Source: Candidatus Woesearchaeota archaeon
GTDB taxonomy: Archaea > Nanobdellota > Nanobdellia > Woesearchaeales > SKIA01
Direction of reading: 5' to 3'
Length of the DNA stretch: 64,000 nt
NCBI GenBank assembly: GCA_046704725.1
Contig: JBJKRI010000008.1
Coordinates: 6,191-70,190 of the forward strand
This document shows, one piece after another, positions 30,343 to 37,444 of the stretch. A program made the position numbers and the translations under genes. How positions within the stretch are numbered: the first letter of the stretch is position 1; every line of letters begins with the position of its first letter. The notes below the pieces were generated by a model. That model was not told the origin of the DNA. It saw only the letters and a list, made by a program, of their open reading frames with translations, and ran no database searches.

Positions 30343-31478
30343 GACTCTCCATCACGCTCTTGGTGCTGCTGTTTGCTGTTCCCGCCGTGACGGCGTTCGG
30401 CATCAGCCCCGCGACATATAGCATGCTGGGCACGGGAACGAGCAACTATACCCTACGCATCCTCAATCCGCAGCACGAGAGCATGCAACTGCAGATTATC
30501 GGCGTCGGCCAGGCGGCGCAGTTCCTGCACCCATCCAAGAAGTACGTCAATCTGGCCTCCTCAATCACGGAGATCGACGTGCCCGTCTCGCTCGTGGTGC
30601 CCGCATCCCAGTTGCCGGGCGAGTACTCCGGCGCGCTCATTGTCGAACAACTGCCATCGAGCGTCCAAGGCAAAGGATTCGTGAGCGCCGTTGCTGCGGT
30701 GCAGCAACGTGTCAATGTGCGTGTGCCTGCGGACGGGAAGTTCGTGGATGCGCACATCCTGACGTCCGTGGGTTCGACGCAGGGAACGCAGGTCGTGACA
30801 GTCGCGGTGCAGAACATCGGCACGGAGAACATCTCACACCTTACTTCGCACACGGATATCCGCGACCCATCCAACCAGCTCGTGGCGAGCATGAGCACGA
30901 AACAGGTCTCCTTGGCTGTGGGTGCGGACAAGAGCCTTTCCGGGCAATGGCATCCGCGCCTTCCGGGGACCTATACGGTGACCGCGACGGTCACCTACGA
31001 CAATCGGTCGTACACGACGAACAGGACTATCCAGGTCGGCACGCTCGACGTGCGCGTCGGCACGCCGGTCTTCGGGAACTTCTCTTTGGGCAGTCCGGTA
31101 CGCATCGACACGCCGCTCACCAGCGAATGGAACCAGCGATTGTCCAGCGTGACAGGGACGATTGTCATGGACGGTCCGGGAGGGTACCACACATCGTTTC
31201 CCACGCTCTCGACGGACCTGCCGCCCGACGGCGACGGCACGCTCATCGGCTACTGGAACGGCGCGGGGGCTCCTGCGGGGCAATACAACATGACGTTGCA
31301 GGTGCATTTCGCCGACCAGACGCGCAACGAGACATACCGTGTGGGCGTGGGCGTGGACTGGATACGGATCGAGCAGGGAGGGCAGGCGTCTTTTGCGACT
31401 ATCCTCTTGGCGCTCGCGGCGTTGCTCGTTCTCGTGGCTGCTTACTTCGCGCAAAGGTATATAAGGCGGCGTCCATGA
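30339..31478 (+). CDS. Secreted multi-Ig protein with C-terminal TM, DUF916/PapD-chaperone-like
   Basis: ATGA overlap with the giant gene stop. Signal peptide then FGISP...LRILNP, LPGEYSG..., and a C-terminal hydrophobic helix followed by RRRP. Paralogue of 32875..34014. Confidence 0.6.
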   Translation: MRLSITLLVLLFAVPAVTAFGISPATYSMLGTGTSNYTLRILNPQHESMQLQIIGVGQAAQFLHPSKKYVNLASSITEIDVPVSLVVPASQLPGEYSGALIVEQLPSSVQGKGFVSAVAAVQQRVNVRVPADGKFVDAHILTSVGSTQGTQVVTVAVQNIGTENISHLTSHTDIRDPSNQLVASMSTKQVSLAVGADKSLSGQWHPRLPGTYTVTATVTYDNRSYTTNRTIQVGTLDVRVGTPVFGNFSLGSPVRIDTPLTSEWNQRLSSVTGTIVMDGPGGYHTSFPTLSTDLPPDGDGTLIGYWNGAGAPAGQYNMTLQVHFADQTRNETYRVGVGVDWIRIEQGGQASFATILLALAALLVLVAAYFAQRYIRRRP

Positions 31479-31497
31479 AACCGGACGGGGCTATCTC

Positions 31498-31875
31498 ATG
31501 CCGGAACGAAAGAAGACTATCCATCTGGTGATATTGTATGTCATCGTCATCGCGCTCGCGGTGTACGTGCTGTCAGGACAGAACGCTGCGCATCAGGCGG
31601 TCCCGACGAATTCGAGCAATATGTCGTGGGTCTGTCTCAAGCAGGAGTGCGCCTCCTCGGTGCCTGGCGGGACCGTGTGGGCACAGCAGAACTGCGGTCT
31701 CGTCAATACGACGAACGGCTCTGTCGAGGCGTGCAGGGTGACCATCAACGGCCAGACGCAGCTCGTGCGAAAAGACGCGCTGAATCTTTCGGTCATCCGG
31801 CAGTGCACGGAGTACCGCTGCCTCGAGGACGTGCAGGTCCGGCACGTCAACTACACGCTTCCAGGCGCGCAATAG
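31498..31875 (+). CDS. Small membrane-anchored Cys-rich hypothetical protein
   Basis: N-terminal TM followed by six Cys in about 75 aa. Confidence 0.6.
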   Translation: MPERKKTIHLVILYVIVIALAVYVLSGQNAAHQAVPTNSSNMSWVCLKQECASSVPGGTVWAQQNCGLVNTTNGSVEACRVTINGQTQLVRKDALNLSVIRQCTEYRCLEDVQVRHVNYTLPGAQ

Positions 31876-31899
31876 GGCTTCACGCCGGGAACAGATATG

Positions 31900-31907
31900 T
31901 TTAAATA
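31900..31907 (+). promoter_or_regulatory. TATA box (TTTAAATA) for the 31943/32176 gene pair
   Basis: AT-rich box in the intergenic gap upstream of 31943. Confidence 0.5.
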
Positions 31908-31942
31908 GCAGTATAGAGAAAATCACTGGATAAGGATAACTC

Positions 31943-32161
31943 ATGGCAGCGGACATCAGCAATAATGCGGTGGCGGTCCTGCTGGTATTGGTGATTGTCG
32001 TGGCCGCGCTCGGCACTTGGGCGTTCCTCACGGCCTTCCAGCCGGTGTCGCAGGCAGCCCCGCAGGCGAGCAATGCGAACGTCCACTTGAGCATCTACCA
32101 CCAACCCGCTCCAGAGCAATCCAGCAGTCAGGCGTCAGTGGCGCTCAAGATCGCAACATAA
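31943..32161 (+). CDS. 72-aa membrane/secreted peptide with pilin-like N-terminus
   Basis: MAADISNNAVAVLLVLVIVV resembles MAEISNKTLALLVVAALVV of the next gene. Ends in two alternating strands (NANVHLSI, QASVALKI). Confidence 0.6.
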   Translation: MAADISNNAVAVLLVLVIVVAALGTWAFLTAFQPVSQAAPQASNANVHLSIYHQPAPEQSSSQASVALKIAT

Positions 32162-32175
32162 GGAGGTTCAATAGA

Positions 32176-32835
32176 ATGGCAGAAATCTCGAACAAGACCT
32201 TAGCGCTGCTCGTCGTGGCCGCGCTCGTGGTGGTCGTCGTGACCACCAGCATCCAGCTCAACAAGCTCAACACGCTCCAGTTCGGCCCGTCCGGCTTCGC
32301 AACCTCGGGCACCGGGCGCGTCAACCTGACGATCGCCTCGTCCCTGAACATCGAGGTCGACTCCAATAACAACACGATTGACTTCGGCACCTGTACGCCG
32401 GCAGCCACGCTCTCGCCGTGGATCGACAGCAACTCGAGCGTGTCGAACACGACGATTTGCAACGGCACCGCCGCGTCGGGCCGCCAGGGCATCCAGATCA
32501 ACAACATCGGCAACGTGAACGCGAACGTGACCGTCGTCGGCGAGTGTACGCCCGCGGCGCTCCTTCCGGAAGCGTCGGGCACCAGTAACCAGTTCCAGGT
32601 CTGGATCGCGAACTGCACGGGAGGCACCCAGAACCTGAACTCGTACACCTCGCTGTCCACCACGCCGATCATCGCGTGTGGGAACATGACGACGGGAACG
32701 TCCGGCGGCAACGGCAGCTTCTGGATGTACGCGCGCGTCAAGATCGACTCGGACACGCTGCCAGCACAGAGCTGTGGCGCGGTGCCGCACGACTCCGACC
32801 AGCTCACGTTCAGCGCGACATCGAACGTCGGCTAG
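32176..32835 (+). CDS. Secreted pilin/WxL-like beta-sandwich subunit (219 aa)
   Basis: ATG 32176 follows a strong AGGAGG SD (the ORF track start 32017 is too long). N-terminal TM, SGFAT motif, VNLTI...IDFG...INNIGNVNANVTV...QLTFSA pattern shared with the giant protein C-terminus. Confidence 0.65.
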   Translation: MAEISNKTLALLVVAALVVVVVTTSIQLNKLNTLQFGPSGFATSGTGRVNLTIASSLNIEVDSNNNTIDFGTCTPAATLSPWIDSNSSVSNTTICNGTAASGRQGIQINNIGNVNANVTVVGECTPAALLPEASGTSNQFQVWIANCTGGTQNLNSYTSLSTTPIIACGNMTTGTSGGNGSFWMYARVKIDSDTLPAQSCGAVPHDSDQLTFSATSNVG

Positions 32836-32844
32836 GCCGATATC

Positions 32845-32870
32845 TTTTTATTCTCTTTTCCGGGTTTTTT
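32845..32870 (+). terminator. T-rich tract (possible terminator; TTTTTATT may also be the TATA box of 32875)
   Basis: TTTTTATTCTCTTTTCCGGGTTTTTT directly after the TAG at 32833-32835 and 23 nt before the next ATG. Confidence 0.4.
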
Positions 32871-32874
32871 CCCT

Positions 32875-34014
32875 ATGCGGATAGCCCTCTTGCTTCTCTG
32901 CGCCCTGATGGCGCTCCCACTCGTCCATGCTATCGGCATCACGCCGCCGAGCGCGCATATCGATTTCACACCCAACCAACAGGGATCCTTCGATGTCCTG
33001 GTGATGAATTCTCGGCCGTTCAGCATCACCGCAGGAGTCAACATCACCGGGGACTTGGCTCGCTACTTCAACGCCACAGGACCGAAGATCGGTGCCCGCG
33101 GGAGCGCGACGTCGACGATCACATATAGTCTGCCGGCCGATATCGATCCCGGCCTGCATCGGCAGTTCATCTATTACACGGAGGACTTCTTCGACCCGAA
33201 CGCCGGCTCGTTCGCCGCCCGCACGAGCGTCGGACTGACTGTGGACGTCTGGAAGCCCTATCCTGGCAAGTACGCGAAGCTCACGCTCGAACCACGCAAC
33301 GTCCCGAAGGGACAGAAGACCGACGTGCATGTCACGATCGACAGCAAGGGGGACCAAGCCGTCACAGGAGATGTGAATCTCCGTATCCTGGACGCGTCGG
33401 GAGCGCTCATCGACTCGTACGTGGTGCCCGGATTCAGCGTCGGGGCGAACACGAACCGCGGACGCTACGTGCAGGTCAACAGCCAGGACTACAAGCCCGG
33501 CAAGTACACCGTGAAGGGCAGCTATGACTACGGGGCGGGCGTCGCCACGGACAGCAAGACGCTCAAGATCGGCGAACGGACGATCATCATCGACAACACG
33601 TCCACCGCCGTCTATCTCGACCAGCCCGTCAACAAGTTCACCGTGACCGTCGAGAGCATGTGGAACCAGCCCCTCGACGATGTGGCGGCCACCTTCGCTC
33701 TGGGGGCGCACACCGGCAAGACGCCGAGCGTCACGCTGCCCGCTTTCGGCTCGCAGCAGCTCGTCGGATACTGGGACACGGACAAGGCGCTCGCGCCCGG
33801 TAACGGCACAGTCCTTGTCACCGCCACCTTCCGGAACGGCACGCCCGTGTCGCGCACGTTCCCCATCACCATCTACAACCAGACGCCGCACCCCCAGAAG
33901 GAAGCGCCCGCGACGATCACCCTCGGACTGACCGACGTGCTGTTTGTCGCCCTGATGGTCCTGCTGCTCCTCGCGTTCGGCGGCTATCTCTGGCACATCC
34001 ACGCACGCTCATGA
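32875..34014 (+). CDS. Secreted multi-Ig protein with C-terminal TM, DUF916/PapD-chaperone-like (paralogue 2)
   Basis: Signal peptide, IGITPP...F.VLVMNS, PGKYTV motif, C-terminal TM. 379 aa, the same length as 30339..31478. Confidence 0.6.
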   Translation: MRIALLLLCALMALPLVHAIGITPPSAHIDFTPNQQGSFDVLVMNSRPFSITAGVNITGDLARYFNATGPKIGARGSATSTITYSLPADIDPGLHRQFIYYTEDFFDPNAGSFAARTSVGLTVDVWKPYPGKYAKLTLEPRNVPKGQKTDVHVTIDSKGDQAVTGDVNLRILDASGALIDSYVVPGFSVGANTNRGRYVQVNSQDYKPGKYTVKGSYDYGAGVATDSKTLKIGERTIIIDNTSTAVYLDQPVNKFTVTVESMWNQPLDDVAATFALGAHTGKTPSVTLPAFGSQQLVGYWDTDKALAPGNGTVLVTATFRNGTPVSRTFPITIYNQTPHPQKEAPATITLGLTDVLFVALMVLLLLAFGGYLWHIHARS

Positions 34015-34418
34015 AGAAGCGCTCTGTCATCATCCTGGCCATCGTCATCTTCCTCGTGACAGCATCGATCGTCTCGCTCGTGTACCAGTACGAGCAGGGA
34101 TACTTATTCTCGCACGTGCAGGAGATGCCGTACCTCTTCTACGTCAACCAGACGCCTGGCATAGACGTCCGGCACGACATCCTTCGCATGGGGCAGATCG
34201 CGTGGGGCGCCCGCACCACGCGTGAGGTGACCATCAGCGATCCAGGGGCGCACACAGTGCTCATCCGCGTCTTCGGCAAGGGGGCTGGCATCCTTTACGC
34301 CGATCCCTCGGAGCTCAACCTGACGAATGGCACGGCGAACGTCACCTTCATCGCCGAGGCCGCTCCAGACACTCCTTATGGACGCTATGACGGCGTGGTC
34401 CGCTTCTACTTCCATTGA
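34011..34418 (+). CDS. Small membrane-anchored beta-sandwich protein
   Basis: ATGA overlap with the upstream gene. N-terminal TM, LRMGQI..G...R.V.I and P..PYG.Y.G.V pattern. Confidence 0.6.
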   Translation: MKKRSVIILAIVIFLVTASIVSLVYQYEQGYLFSHVQEMPYLFYVNQTPGIDVRHDILRMGQIAWGARTTREVTISDPGAHTVLIRVFGKGAGILYADPSELNLTNGTANVTFIAEAAPDTPYGRYDGVVRFYFH

Positions 34419-34428
34419 TGTCATGTAT

Positions 34429-34482
34429 TGACTGAAAAATCAATATATGACCGAAATTCTTAAGAACTGACGTTTTCAGTCA
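34429..34482. promoter_or_regulatory. AT-rich promoter with operator-like repeats
   Basis: TGACTGAAAA (34429-34438) and its exact inverse TTTTCAGTCA (34473-34482), a third copy TGACCGAAAT (34448-34457), and the palindrome TTCTTAAGAA (34457-34466). Confidence 0.55.
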
Positions 34483-34488
34483 TTCATT

Positions 34489-34962
34489 GTGGAGCTGGGA
34501 GCGCTGCTGCGCCATCCGGGAGTGCGGGACGTCATCGAGACGGACAAGGCACTGTTCATCCTCACGGACGCGCCGAAGACGCTCCCGCCGATATATAGCG
34601 ACAGAGAGGTCGTGGCGCTTAGACCGGAGGAAGCCCTCGCGAGCGAACGGCTGCCGGAGCTGCTTTCTGGCATAAGCCATAAGAAGGGACGCCTCGCAGA
34701 ACGGTCCGGAATGCGCGGTTGGGAGCTCTACGAATTCGATCTTTCCGGATTGCCTGCGAGCGGAAAGCAATCCTTCGCCCACGCACTATACGGCACCGGC
34801 GGACGGGCGAGCGAGCTCGGACGCCTTGGCGGGCAGCGGCTCGGGCGCAGCGCGGTATTGGTCCCGCGCGGCAATGCCAGGACATTCGAGGAATGGCTCT
34901 CACACAAAGGGGCGCGATGGACGCGGAAGAGCGTCCTCGTGGAGGAGAAGGATGCGGCTTGA
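34489..34962 (+). CDS. Hypothetical protein (possible degenerate nucleotidyltransferase plus ferredoxin-like C-terminal domain)
   Basis: GTG start. C-terminal FDLSGL...K.SFAHALYG...LGG..LG..AVLVP...FEEWL pattern; the family assignment is from recollection and is weak. Confidence 0.45.
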   Translation: MELGALLRHPGVRDVIETDKALFILTDAPKTLPPIYSDREVVALRPEEALASERLPELLSGISHKKGRLAERSGMRGWELYEFDLSGLPASGKQSFAHALYGTGGRASELGRLGGQRLGRSAVLVPRGNARTFEEWLSHKGARWTRKSVLVEEKDAA

Positions 34963-37114
34963 TGACAGGACCGTCAAGGTCCTCTGGGTGGCGTTCATCA
35001 TCCTCGCGGCGGTCATCATGCTGCAGAACCTCATCATCCTGTTCGCCGTGCCGCCGCCCACAGCGACGCCGGCGGGCACCGCGACCGCGCGGGTCAACCT
35101 CTGCGTGGACAATCCCCCGCACTGGCTCAACCCAGTCTCGTGCGCTGACGCGCACGCGCTGCAGGCATACAGCTGCGACGTGAGCGCGATCGACAACGAC
35201 ACCGGACAGGTGATCGTCGGGTACAACGCGACGCTCATCAATGGGCCGAGCGCCGGCGCCCCCTTGTTCGAGAACATCTCGCGCAACGGAACGCTAAGCT
35301 TCAACGCGACGACCGGCCAGGTCGGCAACTACACGGTGTCCCTCGAGGCGACGGACAACGCAACGTGTCCCTTGTCGGGAAACACCACCTTCAATCTGAC
35401 CATCCTTCCCGGGACGGGGCCGCCGATCCTCATCAAACCAATACCCAATAGCACGTGGCAGAAGAACACCATCCTCATCCCGTACAACCTCAACGACTAT
35501 TTCGTGGATCCGGAAGGGGGGACGTTGCTGTTCAGGGCGGCGGGAAACACCAATATCAAGATATCCATCGCGGCCGACGGGACGGTGACCCTCCAGCCAG
35601 CGAACGGCTACTGCGGGCAGGAGATCGTCTTGTACACCGCGACGAACTCCGTAGGCTCGACGAACAGCAACTTCGTCACGCTCAACGTGACCTGCCCGCA
35701 GCAGAGCAGCAGCAGCGGAGGGAGCACCTCTTCCGGAGGCGGCGGTGGAGGCGGCGGATACGCCTTGCCGCAGGCCACCTGCTCGCAGAGCTACTACTGC
35801 TACCCCTGGGACACGTGCCAGTACACCAAGGCCGTGAGCGCGACGGGAGACAACTACACCGTGAACATCACCGGTGTGCAGGGAAGCCAAATCTACACCG
35901 TGGAGGGGCCGTTGCCGGTCAACACGAGCCTCTACTACACGGGCTACCAGTCACGCAAGTGCATCGATACCAACGAGTGCAAGCCCGGATACAATGTCTA
36001 TGTGCGCAACTGCAGCTACAAGCCGAGCTGCCATGACCATATCCAGAACCAGGACGAGACGGGTGTGGACTGCGGCGGCGTGTGCGGACCCTGCAACACC
36101 TGCACCGACGGAATCCAGGACGGCCAGGAGACTGGCGTTGATTGCGGCGGACCGTCGTGCAAGCCGTGCTACTCGTGCACGGACGGCAAGATGGATGGGA
36201 AAGAGCTCGGCGTGGACTGCGGCGGCCCGGACTGCCCCGCGTGCGCGACGTGCTTCGACGGCATACAGAACCAGGGAGAGACTGGCGTTGATTGCGGCGG
36301 GCCGTGCACGCCGTGCGCGCAGATGCAGACGCCGAAGGGGCAGAACGGCCTGACGCCCCTACAGGTCGCCTTGCTGTCGGCCATCGCGCTCTTGCTGCTC
36401 ATCATCGGAGCCACCGTGCTCTTGCGACGCGCGCTGCAGGCGTGGCTGTCCGCGCTCGCGCTGCGCTACAAGAAGCGCAACAGGGTCACGCTCATCGACG
36501 CGGATACCCGCGAATCCCTGCTCTCGGAGCTCGCGGCGCTCGAGCGGACCATCGACGGGCGCGAACCCCTGCCGCGGCAGGCAGCGATCGGCGGACTGTT
36601 ACGCAAATACCTGCACGCCGCGCTCGGTGTCGAGACCGAGGCAGATAGTCAGGTGGTGGACGCCGCACTGACCACGCAGCATGTCAGAGAGGACCTGCGG
36701 AGCATCCTCGCGTCGCTGTATAGGCGCGTGTTCCAGACGGAGTTCACGGACGCTGCGCTCCCGCTCACGTTCCTGCACGCGCTGTTGCATGAGATGCGGT
36801 TCATCGTCTATGAGACTGGCGTGACCACTCTGAGCGACGCGAAACGGATGCGGGACCAGGCAGCGTCTCTCCCGGCCGCGCCAGAGCGCGTCTCCTCCGA
36901 GGATGACATCTATTCCGCGCTCGGGCTTGGCGTCGAACGTCTCCGCTTCCGGCAGTTCCTGCTCTCCGAGCGGCTCTACGCGCAGATCGAAGCGGCGTAC
37001 GGGGCTGCGGGCGAGGCCTCGAAGCGCCGCGTGTATCCTGATGCGGTGCGCTTCAACCGCGAGATGGCCTTCGCGTCGCGGCAGAGCAAGCGTCTGATAG
37101 AACGGCTTCAATAA
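34952..37114 (+). CDS. Type I membrane protein: cadherin/He_PIG-like domains, S/G linker, four ETGVDCGG Cys repeats, TM, helical cytoplasmic tail (720 aa)
   Basis: ATG 34952 follows a GGAGG SD (the ORF track start 34826 is too long). DNDTG/DPEGG cadherin-like motifs and C.DG.Q...E.GVDCGG..C..C x4 at 36029-36316. Confidence 0.75.
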   Translation: MRLDDRTVKVLWVAFIILAAVIMLQNLIILFAVPPPTATPAGTATARVNLCVDNPPHWLNPVSCADAHALQAYSCDVSAIDNDTGQVIVGYNATLINGPSAGAPLFENISRNGTLSFNATTGQVGNYTVSLEATDNATCPLSGNTTFNLTILPGTGPPILIKPIPNSTWQKNTILIPYNLNDYFVDPEGGTLLFRAAGNTNIKISIAADGTVTLQPANGYCGQEIVLYTATNSVGSTNSNFVTLNVTCPQQSSSSGGSTSSGGGGGGGGYALPQATCSQSYYCYPWDTCQYTKAVSATGDNYTVNITGVQGSQIYTVEGPLPVNTSLYYTGYQSRKCIDTNECKPGYNVYVRNCSYKPSCHDHIQNQDETGVDCGGVCGPCNTCTDGIQDGQETGVDCGGPSCKPCYSCTDGKMDGKELGVDCGGPDCPACATCFDGIQNQGETGVDCGGPCTPCAQMQTPKGQNGLTPLQVALLSAIALLLLIIGATVLLRRALQAWLSALALRYKKRNRVTLIDADTRESLLSELAALERTIDGREPLPRQAAIGGLLRKYLHAALGVETEADSQVVDAALTTQHVREDLRSILASLYRRVFQTEFTDAALPLTFLHALLHEMRFIVYETGVTTLSDAKRMRDQAASLPAAPERVSSEDDIYSALGLGVERLRFRQFLLSERLYAQIEAAYGAAGEASKRRVYPDAVRFNREMAFASRQSKRLIERLQ

Positions 37115-37117
37115 GAT

Positions 37118-37187
37118 ACATAAGTTATGTTACTTAGCTAAATAATTTGTAGTACGTATATTAGATTAATGTAGTAACGTATATAAA
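37118..37187. promoter_or_regulatory. Very AT-rich promoter with inverted and direct repeats
   Basis: ACATAA-G-TTATGT (37118-37130), GTAGTACGTATAT (37149-37161) and GTAGTAACGTATAT (37171-37184), TATATAAA (37180-37187). Confidence 0.55.
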
Positions 37188-37202
37188 TAACCAATATTGT
37201 GG

Positions 37203-37328
37203 ATGACTGTGGGCCGTCTGCACATAGAGATACCTGAAGAGCTGCACAGGCGACTGAAGCTCCGGGCAGTGAAACAGGACACCTCCCTCAAGGATCTTGT
37301 CGTCGATCTCCTGGAGGAGGCCAAATGA
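37203..37328 (+). CDS. Ribbon-helix-helix (Arc/MetJ/ParG-like) mini-protein 1, 41 aa (not in the ORF track)
   Basis: MTVGRLHIEIPEELHRRLKLRAVKQDTSLKDLVVDLLEEAK: alternating beta-strand, P-x-x-L-H turn and two amphipathic helices. Confidence 0.8.
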   Translation: MTVGRLHIEIPEELHRRLKLRAVKQDTSLKDLVVDLLEEAK

Positions 37329-37444
37329 CTCGCGTCAATATCCCTCTGCCTGACGCGCTGCACAAGCGGCTCCGTATCAAGGCCGCCACAGAAGGGAAGA
37401 CGCTCAAGGAACTGGTCATCGGCATCCTGGAGGAGAGGGCATGA
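37325..37444 (+). CDS. Ribbon-helix-helix mini-protein 2, 39 aa (not in the ORF track)
   Basis: MTRVNIPLPDALHKRLRIKAATEGKTLKELVIGILEERA. ATGA overlaps on both sides, each preceded by GGAGG. Confidence 0.8.
   Translation: MTRVNIPLPDALHKRLRIKAATEGKTLKELVIGILEERA

Noticed and set aside
31943-34418. Type IV pilins or archaellins
   Set aside because: No class III signal peptide (K/R-G/A-hydrophobic) cleavage motif and no prepilin peptidase, PilB/ArlI ATPase or platform protein nearby.
37203-37444. Toxin-antitoxin or plasmid partition locus
   Set aside because: No adjacent toxin (PIN/RelE) or ParA ATPase; the coupled downstream gene is a secreted adhesin.
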